A DNA stretch of 64,000 nt from Ilumatobacteraceae bacterium (GCA_038146945.1 JAYQSR010000015.1:12205-76204); one strand, 5' to 3'. Positions 49,594 to 59,613 are shown, counted from the first letter of the stretch. Notes: a model not told the origin generated them from the sequence alone. Translations and numbers: made by a program.

Positions 49594-50909
49594 TTCAGGA
49601 AGCCCTGATAGTCGCGTTGCATCAGCTGGCTATCGATTTGTCGCATCAGTTCGAGCGCCACACCCACGGCAATCAGCACCGTGGTGCCGGCGAACGGGAA
49701 GCTCTGCACGTCACCCACCCACAAGATGATGTACGGCAGGATCGCGATGAACGCAACGAACAGCGCCCCGGGCAGCGTGATGCGATTGACGGCTTTGCCG
49801 AGATACGACTCGGTTTGCGGACCCGGACGGATGCCCGGAATGAAGCCGCCCTGCTTGCGAAGTTGGTCGGCTTGGCGAATCGGATCGAACGCGATGGAGT
49901 TGTAGAAGTAGGCGAACGCAATGATCATCACGAAGAAGATGCTGATGTACAGCAAGTTTTGACTGTTGATGAGATACCGGTCCACGAATCGCGCGATGGC
50001 ACCACGCCAACCTTCGGCACTGCCCAGCATGTTGGACAGCAACACCGGCAGGAGCAGGACCGAGGACGCAAAGATGATGGGAATCACGCCCGATTGGTTC
50101 ACCTTGAGCGGGATGTACGTGCTTTGTCCACCGAATTGCCGGCGGCCCACCACACGCTTGGCGAACTGCACCGGAATGCGACGCTGACCGAGTTCCACGC
50201 GCACCACTGCGGCGAGAATCAGCAACGTGACACCCACCAACACGATGAAGACGACCGTCTTCTTGCTCTGCAACAATGAGTAGTAGCCGTACGGTAGGTC
50301 GCTCACGATGGAGACGAAGATCATCATCGACATACCGTTGCCGATACCGCGCTGGCTGATGAGCTCGCCCATCCACATGAGCATGGTGGTTCCCGCCACG
50401 AGGGTGGGTATCACGATGAGTGCCCGCGGCATGAACGGATCGAGGAGCACCACGTCGGGAACCGTGGCCGCCGCACCGAAGAAGGCCGAGCCGTTGCCCT
50501 GACCAAAGATGAAGGTGAGACCCGCAGCCTGCAGCGTGGCGATGGCAACGGCCACGTACCGGGTCCACTGGGTGATCTTGCGCTGACCGGTGGCTCCCTC
50601 CTGCTGCCATTGCTCGAGCTTGGGAATCACCACCGTGAGCACCTGCATGATGATGCTCGCGGTGATGTAGGGCATGATGCCGAGCGCAAAGATGGAGAAA
50701 CTGCCGAACGCGCCACCCGAGAAGAGGTTCAAGAACCCGAGCGCACCTTGCGACTGCGAGGCCTCACGCAACTGACTGACGGCCTGGGCATCCACGCCCG
50801 GCGCGCGCAGCGATACGCCAACTCGATAAATGGCGAAGATGAACAGCGTGAACAGCACCTTGTTGCGCAAATCCGCAACTGTGAAGAGGCTCTTGATCCT
50901 GGCGAACAT
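49590..50909 (-). CDS. secY: Preprotein translocase subunit SecY
   Basis: ORF 49590..51074; ATG at 50909 gives MFARIKSLFTVADLRNKVLFTLFIFAIYRVG..; 439 aa. Intact. Confidence 0.95.
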   Translation of the reverse strand: MFARIKSLFTVADLRNKVLFTLFIFAIYRVGVSLRAPGVDAQAVSQLREASQSQGALGFLNLFSGGAFGSFSIFALGIMPYITASIIMQVLTVVIPKLEQWQQEGATGQRKITQWTRYVAVAIATLQAAGLTFIFGQGNGSAFFGAAATVPDVVLLDPFMPRALIVIPTLVAGTTMLMWMGELISQRGIGNGMSMMIFVSIVSDLPYGYYSLLQSKKTVVFIVLVGVTLLILAAVVRVELGQRRIPVQFAKRVVGRRQFGGQSTYIPLKVNQSGVIPIIFASSVLLLPVLLSNMLGSAEGWRGAIARFVDRYLINSQNLLYISIFFVMIIAFAYFYNSIAFDPIRQADQLRKQGGFIPGIRPGPQTESYLGKAVNRITLPGALFVAFIAILPYIILWVGDVQSFPFAGTTVLIAVGVALELMRQIDSQLMQRDYQGFLK

Positions 50910-50938
50910 CGTCGTTGCTGCCTCCTTGCGAGGGAAAA

Positions 50939-51430
50939 CTAGCGGTTGGTGTACTGGCTGCCGCTGGCCGGTGGACGTACGCCACGGAACGGCTTGGCAG
51001 GGGATCGTGATGGTGCCACCAGCTGCGGTGATCGCTTCCGAGCAGCCGAACTGACACGGCGTGCACCGTGACACTCGAGTGCCTTGCCGACCTTTCCGCG
51101 ACCGAGCACCTTCACCAGGTTGCCCTTGCGAATGAGGCCCTTCTCGACCAACAGCGTCGCCGAAATGTCTGTAACCCCGAGCGCATCGAGCGTGTCGAGG
51201 TTGATTGCTTGGTACTCGACGCGGAACGGGTTGTTGAAACCCTTCAACTTCGGCACACGTTGCTTGAGTGGCATCTGGCCACCTTCGAAGCCTCGTGCCA
51301 CCGTGTTGCGGGCGTACTGTCCCTTCGTACCGCGACCAGCGGTCTTGCCGCCCTTACCACCGATACCGCGACCGACACGCTTGGGCGCCTTGCGGGCGCC
51401 GTGCTTTGGTCCGACCTGGTCTACGCGCAT
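50939..51430 (-). CDS. rplO: 50S ribosomal protein L15, several frameshifts in the C-terminal third as assembled
   Basis: MRVDQVGPKHGARKAPKRVGRGIGGKGGKTAGRGTKGQ.. is canonical up to ..LGRGKVGKALE. VTVHAVS, SSAAR and EAITAAGGTITIP then lie in other frames (partly the secY-frame ORF 49590..51074) before returning to ..AKPFRGVRPPASGSQYTNR*. Confidence 0.85.
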   Translation of the reverse strand: MRVDQVGPKHGARKAPKRVGRGIGGKGGKTAGRGTKGQYARNTVARGFEGGQMPLKQRVPKLKGFNNPFRVEYQAINLDTLDALGVTDISATLLVEKGLIRKGNLVKVLGRGKVGKALECHGARRVSSAARKRSPQLVAPSRSPAKPFRGVRPPASGSQYTNR

Positions 51431-51432
51431 GG

Positions 51433-51633
51433 TCAGCTGCCTTTCTTGTCGTTGATGACGATGTCGATGAGGTGTGGAACGCGGGCGATCATTCCGCGGA
51501 TCTCCGGGCGATCGGGCAGCACGTTGGTGTCACCAATCTTGCGCAGGCCCAGGGCGCGCATGGTGGCGCGGGTCTTTGGCATGCTGCCGATTTGTGAACG
51601 CTTCTGGCGAACGGTGATGGTGTTTTCTGCCAT
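51433..51633 (-). CDS. rpmD: 50S ribosomal protein L30
   Basis: ATG at 51633: [59 protein letters not shown].. Confidence 0.9.
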   Translation of the reverse strand: MAENTITVRQKRSQIGSMPKTRATMRALGLRKIGDTNVLPDRPEIRGMIARVPHLIDIVINDKKGS

Positions 51634-52270
51634 GGTTTCCCCCTGCGAGCCAGCGCACCGACTTCTTGCGCTCGTTGTATGCACGGAGCAGACTTCGGCG
51701 CGGAACGAAATCGTCCTCGGGTCCTCGGCGCTTTGCCACCTCGTCGGGTCTGCACAGCGACTGCAAACCGTTGATGGTGGCGCGAGCAACGTTGATGGCG
51801 TTCGACGAACCCATCGACTTTGCGAGCACGTCCTTGATACCGGCTTCTTCCAGGATGATGCGGGCTGCCCCACCGGCGATGACACCGGTACCGGGGGCGG
51901 CGGGCTTCAACATCACTCGAGCCGCACCGTTCACGCCCTCGATGGCGTGCGTGATGGTTGGTCCGGCGAGCGCCACATGAAACACGTTGCGCTTGGCATC
52001 CTCGGTGCCCTTCTGGATCGCCAAGGGAACTTCGCGGGCCTTGCCGTAACCCAGACCGACACGGCCGGCCTTGTCGCCGATGACCACGATGGCGGCGAAC
52101 TGGAATCGACGACCACCCTTCACCACTTTGGCGACACGATTGACGTGCACCACGCGCGACTCACCGAACTCGCCCGGCTTCGCCTCGGGACGTGGCTCGC
52201 GGCGCTCGCGCGGACGGCGCTCGCGACGATTGCGGTTGTCGGTCGTCTCTGGTTGCTGTACGTCAGTCAT
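51530..52270 (-). CDS. rpsE: 30S ribosomal protein S5 (3-prime end unresolved; the ORF as assembled runs 104 nt into rpmD)
   Basis: ..[74 protein letters not shown].. is canonical. No stop codon in any of the three minus-strand frames near the rpmD start. Confidence 0.85.
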   Translation of the reverse strand: MTDVQQPETTDNRNRRERRPRERREPRPEAKPGEFGESRVVHVNRVAKVVKGGRRFQFAAIVVIGDKAGRVGLGYGKAREVPLAIQKGTEDAKRNVFHVALAGPTITHAIEGVNGAARVMLKPAAPGTGVIAGGAARIILEEAGIKDVLAKSMGSSNAINVARATINGLQSLCRPDEVAKRRGPEDDFVPRRSLLRAYNERKKSVRWLAGGNHGRKHHHRSPEAFTNRQHAKDPRHHARPGPAQDW

Positions 52271-52638
52271 TAGAACTCCAATCCTGCGGCGCGAGCCGCT
52301 TCGGCGATTGCCGCAACGCGGCCGTGATAGAGGAAGCCACCGCGGTCGAAGACCACCGTGGTGATTCCTGCCTGCTTGGCGCGCTCGGCGAGGAGCGTGC
52401 CCACTGCGGTCGCGGCAGCAACGTTGCTTCCGGGTTGCTTCTTGCGGAAGTCGGCCTCGAGCGACGAGGCGGAGACGATGGTTCGGCCGCTGTCGTCGTC
52501 GATCACCTGTGCACTGAGGTGCTTGTTGCTGCGATAGATCGCAAGTCGTGGTCGTGCGGCGGTGCCGTGCACCTTCTTGCGCACGCGACGATGGCGACGC
52601 ACGCGGAGTTCTTGGCGTTTCTTGGCTATGGCGGTCAT
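52270..52638 (-). CDS. rplR: 50S ribosomal protein L18
   Basis: ATG at 52638: [76 protein letters not shown]. Confidence 0.95.
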   Translation of the reverse strand: MTAIAKKRQELRVRRHRRVRKKVHGTAARPRLAIYRSNKHLSAQVIDDDSGRTIVSASSLEADFRKKQPGSNVAAATAVGTLLAERAKQAGITTVVFDRGGFLYHGRVAAIAEAARAAGLEF

Positions 52639-52646
52639 GGTTGCTC

Positions 52647-53193
52647 CTACTTCTTGCCCGTCTTGCCGGCTTTGCGTACCACGCGCTCGTTCACGTAGCG
52701 AACACCCTTGCCCTTGTACGGCTCCGGCGAACGAAACGAGCGGATCTCGGCGGCAACCTGGCCGACGAGTTCCTTGTCGACGCCCTTCACGATGATTCGT
52801 GTCGGCGCCGGCACCTCGAACGTGACTCCCTTGGGTGCCCGGAAAATCGGCACCCGGATGCGAGAAGCCGAGGGCCAGCTCCAGAGCGTCGGTCCCCTTG
52901 GCCTCGGCGCGATAACCCACGCCGATGATCTCGAGTTCCTTGGCGAAACCTTCGGTAACGCCGCTCACCATGTTGTTGACCATGGCGCGAATCATGCCGT
53001 GACTGGCGCGAACGTCGCGGGTTTCCTCCGCACGCTCCACCACCACGGTGGACTCCACCTTCTTCACCGAGATTCCCGCCGGCAACTGCCGCGAGAGGCT
53101 TCCCTTGCTCCCCTTCACGGTGATGCTGGTACCGGCAATCGTGACTTCCACCCCCTGCGGAATGGTGACTGCTGCTTTTCCGACGCGTGACAT
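52647..53193 (-). CDS. rplF: 50S ribosomal protein L6, one frameshift as assembled
   Basis: [35 protein letters not shown]. Removing one base from the CCC run at 52853-52855 joins [53 protein letters not shown].. (ORF 52647..52853). Confidence 0.9.
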
Positions 53194-53206
53194 GTTGGCT
53201 CCTCAA

Positions 53207-53608
53207 TTACCAGACGTAACACATGACTTCGCCGCCCACGTTGCGCTTGCGCGCTTCGCGGTCGGTCATGAGCCCGTGGCTTGTGGATAGAACTGCAACG
53301 CCGAGACCGTTGAGCACGCGGGGTACCTCGGTGGCCCGTCGATAGATACGCAGACCCGGAGTGGATACGCGCTTGATGCCAAGGATCGTGCGGCGGCGAT
53401 CGTCGGAGTACTTCATCTGGATCTTCAGCACCTTGTGTGCCGGAGTGTCGCCCTCCACCACCGCAAAGTCGGCGATGTAGCCCTCCTTCTTCAGAATGTC
53501 GGCAAGGGCCAACTTCTGCTTCGACGATGGCATGAGTACCTCGTCGCGGAGCGCCACATTCGCATTGCGAATGCGGGTGAGCATGTCGGAGATTGGATCA
53601 GTGATCAT
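53207..53608 (-). CDS. rpsH: 30S ribosomal protein S8
   Basis: [64 protein letters not shown]. Intact. Confidence 0.95.
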   Translation of the reverse strand: MITDPISDMLTRIRNANVALRDEVLMPSSKQKLALADILKKEGYIADFAVVEGDTPAHKVLKIQMKYSDDRRRTILGIKRVSTPGLRIYRRATEVPRVLNGLGVAVLSTSHGLMTDREARKRNVGGEVMCYVW

Positions 53609-53617
53609 GTTGGTGCC

Positions 53618-53806
53618 TCACCAGCTCGACTGCTCTTGGTCAGGCCGGGAATCTCCCGGCATGCGCATCTCGCGCAGGCAGATGCGGCAGAGTCCGAACT
53701 TGCGGTACACCGAACGCGTGCGCGACCACCACAGCGCGTGACAGCGCGTGTAGCCACGAACTTGAACTTGGCGTGGCGCCAGCTTTGTTGATGATTTCTT
53801 TGCCAT
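53618..53806 (-). CDS. rpsN: 30S ribosomal protein S14 (type Z), locally garbled frames
   Basis: ATG at 53806: [42 protein letters not shown]. The expected RCGGRAR and GEIPGLTKS segments are readable only in an alternative frame. Confidence 0.8.
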   Translation of the reverse strand: MAKKSSTKLAPRQVQVRGYTRCHALWWSRTRSVYRKFGLCRICLREMRMPGDSRPDQEQSSW

Positions 53807-53826
53807 TGGTCTTGAATCTTCCTTTC

Positions 53827-54456
53827 CTACGAATTTCCCTGAACGACGGACTTCTTCTTGGTTTGCTTCTTCGAACGTTTGGTGGACGCCGGCATTTCGC
53901 CCTTGCGGAACGGGAAGCCGAACGCGTCCAGCAGCGCCTTGCCGGTCAAGTCGTCCTTGGCCGAGGTCACGATCGTGATGTCCATGCCACGAGGCACATC
54001 CACGCGGTCGTAGTTGATTTCCATGAACACGAGTTGTTCGGTGAGACCGAAGGTGTAGTTGCCGTTTCCGTCCCACGAACGGCCCGGCAAACCACGAAAG
54101 TCGCGAATACGCGGAATCGCCACCGACATCAGTCGGTCGAAGAACTCCCACATGCGGTCACCGCGCAGGGTGACCTTGGCGCCAATGGCCTGGTTCTCGC
54201 GCAACTTGAACGACGCAATCGCAATGCGCGACTTCGTGACGATGGGCTTCTGACCGGTGATCGCCGTGAGGTCGGCCACTGCCCCATCGAGCAACGATGC
54301 CTGCTGAGTCGCCTTGCCAACACCCATGTTGATGACGATCTTCTCCAGATTCGGCACCTGCATGGGATTGGTGACGCCCAGTTGCGTCATCAGGTCGGCA
54401 CGCACCACGTCGCGGTAGTGCTGCTTCAGACGGGGAATGTACGTGGTGGTTGCCAT
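53827..54456 (-). CDS. rplE: 50S ribosomal protein L5 (with a Lys-rich C-terminal tail)
   Basis: ATG at 54456: [70 protein letters not shown].. Confidence 0.9.
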   Translation of the reverse strand: MATTTYIPRLKQHYRDVVRADLMTQLGVTNPMQVPNLEKIVINMGVGKATQQASLLDGAVADLTAITGQKPIVTKSRIAIASFKLRENQAIGAKVTLRGDRMWEFFDRLMSVAIPRIRDFRGLPGRSWDGNGNYTFGLTEQLVFMEINYDRVDVPRGMDITIVTSAKDDLTGKALLDAFGFPFRKGEMPASTKRSKKQTKKKSVVQGNS

Positions 54457-54762
54457 CAGATTTCGTCTCCTGTGCGACGCGCGATGCGCACCTTGTTGCC
54501 CTTGGCGTCGACCTTGAAGCCGACGCGCGTGACCTTGCCCTTGTGCACCAACATCACGTTGAAGCAGTCGATCGGCATGTCTTTGTCGATGATCCCGCCT
54601 GGTTTTCGTTGACGACGGGACGCTGGTGTGACTTCTGGCGATGTTGACGCCGGTGACGATCACCTTGTTCTGCCGGCAGGAAGCACGCGGACGATCTGGC
54701 CTTCCTTGCCGGCGTTCTTGCCGTGAATCACCCGCACGGTGTCACCTTTGCGGATCTTTCAT
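54456..54762 (-). CDS. rplX: 50S ribosomal protein L24, at least 3 frameshifts as assembled
   Basis: Hopping frames gives [29 protein letters not shown] / [16 protein letters not shown] / [53 protein letters not shown]. The switches fall near 54757-59, ~54675 and ~54625. Confidence 0.85.
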
Positions 54763-54766
54763 CAGA

Positions 54767-55128
54767 TCACTCCGGTGCGAGCGAGACGATACGCATGAAG
54801 CGACGGTCACGCAGTTCACGGCCGACCGGTCCGAAGATGCGGGTTCCGCGCGGCGAGGTCGTCCTTGATGAGCACGGGCAGCGTTCTCGTCGAAACGGAT
54901 GTAGCTGCCATCGGCACGACGCTTCTCTTTCTTCGTGCGAACGACGACGCACTTCACGACGTCACCCTTCTTTACGCCAGCGCCAGGGATGGCGTCTTTC
55001 ACGGTTGCCACGAAGATGTCACCGATCGAGGCGTAACGGCGGCGGGTACCACCGAGCACCTTGATGCAGAGCACTTCCTTTGCACCACTGTTATCAGCCA
55101 CGCGAAGGCGGCTCTCCTGCTGGATCAT
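54767..55128 (-). CDS. rplN: 50S ribosomal protein L14, 2-3 frameshifts as assembled
   Basis: [50 protein letters not shown], then VLIKDDL in a second frame and [29 protein letters not shown] in a third (ORF 54767..54952). Confidence 0.85.
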
Positions 55129-55406
55129 CGTGCACGCTCCACGATCTCAACGACCCGCCAGCGCTTGTTCTTGCTGAGCGGGCGGGTCTCCATAACTCGA
55201 ACCTTGTCGCCAACGCCTGCGTCGTTGGCCTCGTCATGTGCATGCAACTTCTTGGTGCGCATGACGAACTTGTTGTAACGGGCATGGCGAACACGGTCGG
55301 TCACAGTGACGACAACCGTCTTATCCATCTTGTTGACGATGTGACGATGCGGCGCATTTTGCGGGCTGCGAACGGCGGTTGCAGCCATGGTATCGGCTGG
55401 TCTCAC
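55125..55406 (-). CDS. rpsQ: 30S ribosomal protein S17
   Basis: ..[71 protein letters not shown]. The start is either GTG 55406 or ATG 55388. Confidence 0.9.
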   Translation of the reverse strand: MRPADTMAATAVRSPQNAPHRHIVNKMDKTVVVTVTDRVRHARYNKFVMRTKKLHAHDEANDAGVGDKVRVMETRPLSKNKRWRVVEIVERAR

Positions 55407-55414
55407 TCATTGGT

Positions 55415-55627
55415 TCAGCTCTCTGCCTCTGCCGCAGCGATCTCACGCTGACGGATCACGGTGTTGATACGAGCAATACGCCGGCGGACGGCGCGAATTT
55501 CGGAGGTCTTTTCAAGTTGACCGGTTGCGTTACGGAACCGGAGGTTCAAGGCCTCATGCTTACTGGCGCGGAGTTCGTCTGCGAGCCCGGCCAAGTCCAT
55601 GTCGTTGAATTCGTTCTTACGTGCCAT
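55415..55627 (-). CDS. rpmC: 50S ribosomal protein L29
   Basis: ..[52 protein letters not shown].. Intact. Confidence 0.9.
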   Translation of the reverse strand: MARKNEFNDMDLAGLADELRASKHEALNLRFRNATGQLEKTSEIRAVRRRIARINTVIRQREIAAAEAES

Positions 55628-55635
55628 GACAGTCC

Positions 55636-56053
55636 TCAGATCTGCTCGTTGCGGGTAAGGATGCGAGCTTTGATCGGGAGCTTCTGAATCGCCTTGTTGA
55701 GAGCGATCCTTGCCTGCTCATCATTTGGGAACGAAAGCTCGAACATCACGCGACCTGGACGAACGACGGCGACCCAAAACTCAGGGTTACCTTTGCCTGA
55801 ACCCATGCGGGTCTCGGCTGGCTTCTTCGTCACCGGCTTGTCTGGGAACACGTTGATCCAGACTTTGCCGCCACGCTTGATGGAACGGGTCATGGCGATA
55901 CGGGCGGCTTCGATCTGGCGGGCGGTGATCCAACCCGGTTCGAGTGCCTGAATTCCGTAGTCGCCAACGCCAGTTCGGTGGGGCACCCTTTGCCATGCCA
56001 CGGGTACGGCCACGGTGGTGTTTACGGTGTGCAACCTTTCGAGGCATCAACAT
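55636..56053 (-). CDS. rplP: 50S ribosomal protein L16, one frameshift as assembled
   Basis: [24 protein letters not shown] (ORF 55787..56053) joins [32 protein letters not shown].. (ORF 55636..56034) if one base is removed from the GGGG run at 55980-55983. Confidence 0.9.
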
Positions 56054-56301
56054 GATGAACTCCTATCCCCTCAGTCGTCACCGCGGAAGTGCGGGGTTTC
56101 GTTTGCTTCGCGCGTCTGACGGGTAATGGTCTCTTCATCGAGTCGATCGCTCTTCTCTGGATCGGCCTCACGGACCAATGGGCCTGGCTCGGTTTCTTCC
56201 GCATCAGCACTTCGGGACCAGCTGATGACACGACCTGGCCACGTCGAGGTCTGGCCAGGGTGTCGACCAACAGCCATTGCTGCTTCACGGGCAATCTTTC
56301 A

Positions 56302-56952
56302 TCATTCGTTGTCGGAACGGTACGGAAGGATCTCGCCCTTGTACAGCCACACCTTGATTCCGACGCGACCGGCAGAGGTGATCGCCTCACGGAAGCCGTA
56401 GTCGATGTTGGCGCGCAACGTGTGCAGTGGAACGCGGCCCTCGCGGTACCACTCGCGACGGGTCATTTCTGCACCGCCGAGACGACCAGAGCACTGGATT
56501 CGAATTCCCTGGGCGCCCGCCTTCTGTGCGTTCTGCACGGCGCGCTTCATCGCGCGGCGGAAGGCCACGCGATTGGCGAGCTGGTCCGCCACTCCCTGCG
56601 CAACGAGTGCCGCGTCGAGTTCGGATTCCTTGATTTCGTTGATGTTCAACTGAATCTTGTTGTTGCCGGTGAGGCGCGACAAGTGCTCACGCAACTCGTT
56701 GGCCTTGGCGCCGGCCTTGCCGATCACCACGCCGGGGCGGGCGGTGTGGATGTCGACGCGCAACTTGTCGAGCGTGCGCTCGACGTCGATGCGGCTGACG
56801 GCGGCATCGGCGAGACGATCCATGAGATAGCCACGGATCTTCCAGTCCTCGGTGAGGTACTGGCGATACTGCTTCTTGCCCGCGAACCACTTGCTCTTCC
56901 AATCGGTGGTGACACCGAGGCGGAAGCCGTACGGATTGATCTTCTGACCCAT
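56302..56952 (-). CDS. rpsC: 30S ribosomal protein S3 (core; a possible C-terminal tail continues in frame after TGA-TGA)
   Basis: [83 protein letters not shown].. Confidence 0.9.
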   Translation of the reverse strand: MGQKINPYGFRLGVTTDWKSKWFAGKKQYRQYLTEDWKIRGYLMDRLADAAVSRIDVERTLDKLRVDIHTARPGVVIGKAGAKANELREHLSRLTGNNKIQLNINEIKESELDAALVAQGVADQLANRVAFRRAMKRAVQNAQKAGAQGIRIQCSGRLGGAEMTRREWYREGRVPLHTLRANIDYGFREAITSAGRVGIKVWLYKGEILPYRSDNE

Positions 56953-57538
56953 TACTTCGACTCCTCGGTGCTCGATGCTTCGGTGCTTTCGGTTGTTGCC
57001 GCGCCCGCCGAGTCCTCGGCTGATGCGTTCTTGGCGTCGCTGGCCTGCTCGGCGGCGGCACGTGCCTTGCTGGCTGCAACGCGCTGACGACGCTGGGCCT
57101 TTTCGCTACGACCACCCGATGCGTCGCTGGCCTCGCGAATCTTCAGTTCTTCGGGCGAGAACGCATCCACCACGATGGTGACGTGGGCACCCGCGACGCA
57201 AGCGCGTGATGACTGCGACCACGGGCTCGTGGGCGGAAGCGCTTGATGGTCGGTGATTCGTCGGCGAAGCAGGCCTTCACGTACAGGGTCTCTTCGTCGA
57301 GCGAGAGATTGTTGGTGGCGTTGGCGACCGCCGACTTGAGCAACTTCTGCACGATGCGGGCTGCTTCCACGCTGTGCAGGCTCAAAACCTCGCTGGCCGA
57401 GGTCACGTCCAACCCGCGCACTTGATTGAGTACGGGACGGAACTTGGAGGCCGACATACGTACCCAGCGAAGTTGCGCCTTGGCGCCACTTGGCGATCCG
57501 GCTACGCGGTTTGCTTCGTTCAGCTTCGGACCGGTCAC
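56952..57538 (-). CDS. rplV: 50S ribosomal protein L22 with an Ala/Glu/Ser-rich C-terminal extension, at least 1 frameshift as assembled
   Basis: GTG at 57538: ..[44 protein letters not shown] (ORF 57143..57538). ..[26 protein letters not shown] then follows in the frame of ORF 56952..57704. The switch is at about 57195-57215. Confidence 0.85.
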
Positions 57539-57849
57539 GACGATGCTCCTGGCGACGGTGCTGCCGAGGTCTCAGTGCCCGCCATCTTTTCCTGGCTGGC
57601 GTGCGACTTGAAGGTGCGGGTGTTCGCAAACTCGCCCAACTTGTGTCCCACCATCGACTCGCTGATGTACACCGGCACGTGCTTGCGCCCGTCGTGAACG
57701 GCAAAGGTGTGTCCGACCATGTCGGGGATGATGGTGCTGCGACGCGACCACGTCTTGATCGGCTTACGGTCGCCGCTCTCGTTCATTGCGTCGAGCTTCT
57801 TCAAGAGATGCTCGTCAACGAAGGGGCCCTTTTTCAGACTGCGTGCCAT
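57535..57849 (-). CDS. rpsS: 30S ribosomal protein S19
   Basis: [74 protein letters not shown].. Confidence 0.9.
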   Translation of the reverse strand: MARSLKKGPFVDEHLLKKLDAMNESGDRKPIKTWSRRSTIIPDMVGHTFAVHDGRKHVPVYISESMVGHKLGEFANTRTFKSHASQEKMAGTETSAAPSPGASS

Positions 57850-57852
57850 GAA

Positions 57853-58689
57853 CTAACTACGTGCCTTTCCTGAGCGACGGCGACGCACGATGAACTGCTG
57901 CGACGCCTTGGTCTTCTTGCGGGTACGACGCTCGGGCTTGCCCCACGGCGACACCGCCGGACGGCCACCCGAGGTCTTTCCTTCTCCACCACCGAGTGGG
58001 TGGTCGACGGGGTTCATAACGACGCCACGTGATTGCGGGCGCACACCCTTCCAACGATTACGACCGGCCTTACCGATCTTCACCAACTCGTGCTCGGCAT
58101 TGCCGACCTCGCCGATGGTGGCGCGACAGTCGATCGGCACACGACGCATTTCGGTGCTCGGCATACGCAAGGTCGCGAAGTCACCTTCCTTGGCAACCAA
58201 CTGCACCGACATGCCGGCCGAGCGGGCGATACGTCCACCCTGACCCGGGCGCATTTCCACGTTGTGCACCACGGTGCCGACGGGAACGTAGCGAAGCGGA
58301 AGCGCGTTGCCGGGCTTGATGTCGGCGCGCTGACCACTCTCCACATGTTGCCCAACTTCCACTCCCTTGGGCGCCAGGATGTAGGCCTTGGTGCCGTCGA
58401 GATAGTGCAGCAGCGCAATGCGGCACGTGCGGTTGGGGTCGTATTCGATGGCGGCAACCTTGGCGCGAACCTCGTCCTTGGTGCGCTTCCAGTCGATGAT
58501 GCGGTACTGCTGTTTGTGACCGCCGCCCTTGTGGCGCGAGGTGATGCGACCACCGGCGTTGCGTCCGCCACGCTCGGGCTTGGAGGTGACGAGCGACTTC
58601 TCCGGTCGCGTCTTGGTGATTTCCGAGAAGTCGTGCGACGTCTGGAAGCGACGACCGCTGCTTGTAGGGCGACGTTTGCGAATGGCCAT
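57853..58689 (-). CDS. rplB: 50S ribosomal protein L2
   Basis: ..[47 protein letters not shown].. Intact, 278 aa. Confidence 0.97.
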   Translation of the reverse strand: MAIRKRRPTSSGRRFQTSHDFSEITKTRPEKSLVTSKPERGGRNAGGRITSRHKGGGHKQQYRIIDWKRTKDEVRAKVAAIEYDPNRTCRIALLHYLDGTKAYILAPKGVEVGQHVESGQRADIKPGNALPLRYVPVGTVVHNVEMRPGQGGRIARSAGMSVQLVAKEGDFATLRMPSTEMRRVPIDCRATIGEVGNAEHELVKIGKAGRNRWKGVRPQSRGVVMNPVDHPLGGGEGKTSGGRPAVSPWGKPERRTRKKTKASQQFIVRRRRSGKARS

Positions 58690-58700
58690 GGGTTACCTGA

Positions 58701-58991
58701 TCAGTTCTCGAACAGCGGGATTTGTTGACCTGGAGCGAGGGTGACGATGGCCCGCTTGGCACCATCGCGCACGCCTACGCGGTTCGTGCCACGCGTGATA
58801 CGACGCTTGCCACGACGATTGAGGGTGTTCACCTTGACGACTTGCACGTTGAAGATGCGCTGCACGGCATCGCGAATCTCGGGCTTGCTTGCCGATGGGT
58901 GCACCTCGAAGGTGTACACACCAATGGCGGAGCCGGCATAGCTCTTTTCCGACACCACTGGCCGGAGGATCACGTCGCGAGGGTCCTTCAC
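58701..58991 (-). CDS. rplW: 50S ribosomal protein L23
   Basis: The GTG at 58991 overlaps the rplD stop (GTGA): (M)KDPRDVILRPVVSEKSYAGS..YTFEVHPSASKPEIRDAVQRIFNVQVVKVNTLNRRGKRR..KRAIVTLAPGQQIPLFEN. Confidence 0.9.
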   Translation of the reverse strand: MKDPRDVILRPVVSEKSYAGSAIGVYTFEVHPSASKPEIRDAVQRIFNVQVVKVNTLNRRGKRRITRGTNRVGVRDGAKRAIVTLAPGQQIPLFEN

Positions 58992-59611
58992 TTTGCACCT
59001 CCATTGACTGCAGGCAGGCTGTCTTGCGAGAAGACCACCCAGTCGCTGCACAACACGTCGTACGCGTTCAACTCGCTCGTAAGCACCACGTGCACGTTGC
59101 CGAGGTTGCGCATGCTCTTGGCGGCGTCGCTCGAAGCGGATTTCACCACGACGAGAACGTTGCCCGAGGTGCCGAGCGACTCCAGTGCGGCCGCACCGGC
59201 CTTGGCACTCGGTTTGTCGAACGACCACGCATCGACCACCACGACCTTGCCGTCCTTGGTGCGATCGGACAGTGCCGAGCGAAGCGCCAACTGCACCATC
59301 TTTTTCGGTGTGCGCTGGCCGTACTTGCGAGGAGTCGGACCGAGGGTGACGGCACCACCGGAAAACTGCGGCGCTCGAATCGAACCCTGACGAGCGTTGC
59401 CGGTTCCCTTCTGGCTGAACGGCTTCTTACCACCACCACTCACCTGGGCGCGGCCCTTCGTGCTCTGGGTTCCTGCTCGGCGATGCGCCAACTGCGCGGT
59501 CACCACTTGGTGCATCACCGCGATGTTCGGCACGATGCCGAAAAACTCGTCGGGCAATTCCACGCTCGAGGCGCTCTTGCCGCTGGCATTCTTCATCGTC
59601 AGTTTGGCCAT
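58988..59611 (-). CDS. rplD: 50S ribosomal protein L4
   Basis: ..HQVVTAQLAHRRAGTQSTKGRAQVSGGGKKPFSQKGTGNARQGSIRAPQFSGG.. Intact. Confidence 0.95.
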   Translation of the reverse strand: MAKLTMKNASGKSASSVELPDEFFGIVPNIAVMHQVVTAQLAHRRAGTQSTKGRAQVSGGGKKPFSQKGTGNARQGSIRAPQFSGGAVTLGPTPRKYGQRTPKKMVQLALRSALSDRTKDGKVVVVDAWSFDKPSAKAGAAALESLGTSGNVLVVVKSASSDAAKSMRNLGNVHVVLTSELNAYDVLCSDWVVFSQDSLPAVNGGAK

Positions 59612-59613
59612 GA

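Noticed and set aside
52270-53193. 307-aa ORF that looks like an L6-L18 fusion
   Set aside because: A single-base shift at 52853-55 sends L6 into a stop-free frame that happens to be the L18 frame. The true L6 end is ORF 52647..52853, and L18 starts at 52638.
53731-53750. 10-bp tandem repeat acagcgcgtg x2 inside rpsN
   Set aside because: It is the coding sequence of the R-C..R-C zinc-motif region (CGCTGT twice), not an independent repeat element. It may, however, have promoted the local indels.
54754-54764. 11-mer atctttcatca shared between the rplX start region (54754-64) and the rpsC TGA-TGA site (56294-56304)
   Set aside because: A single shared 11-mer is expected by chance many times in a 64-kb window, and there is no extended similarity around it.
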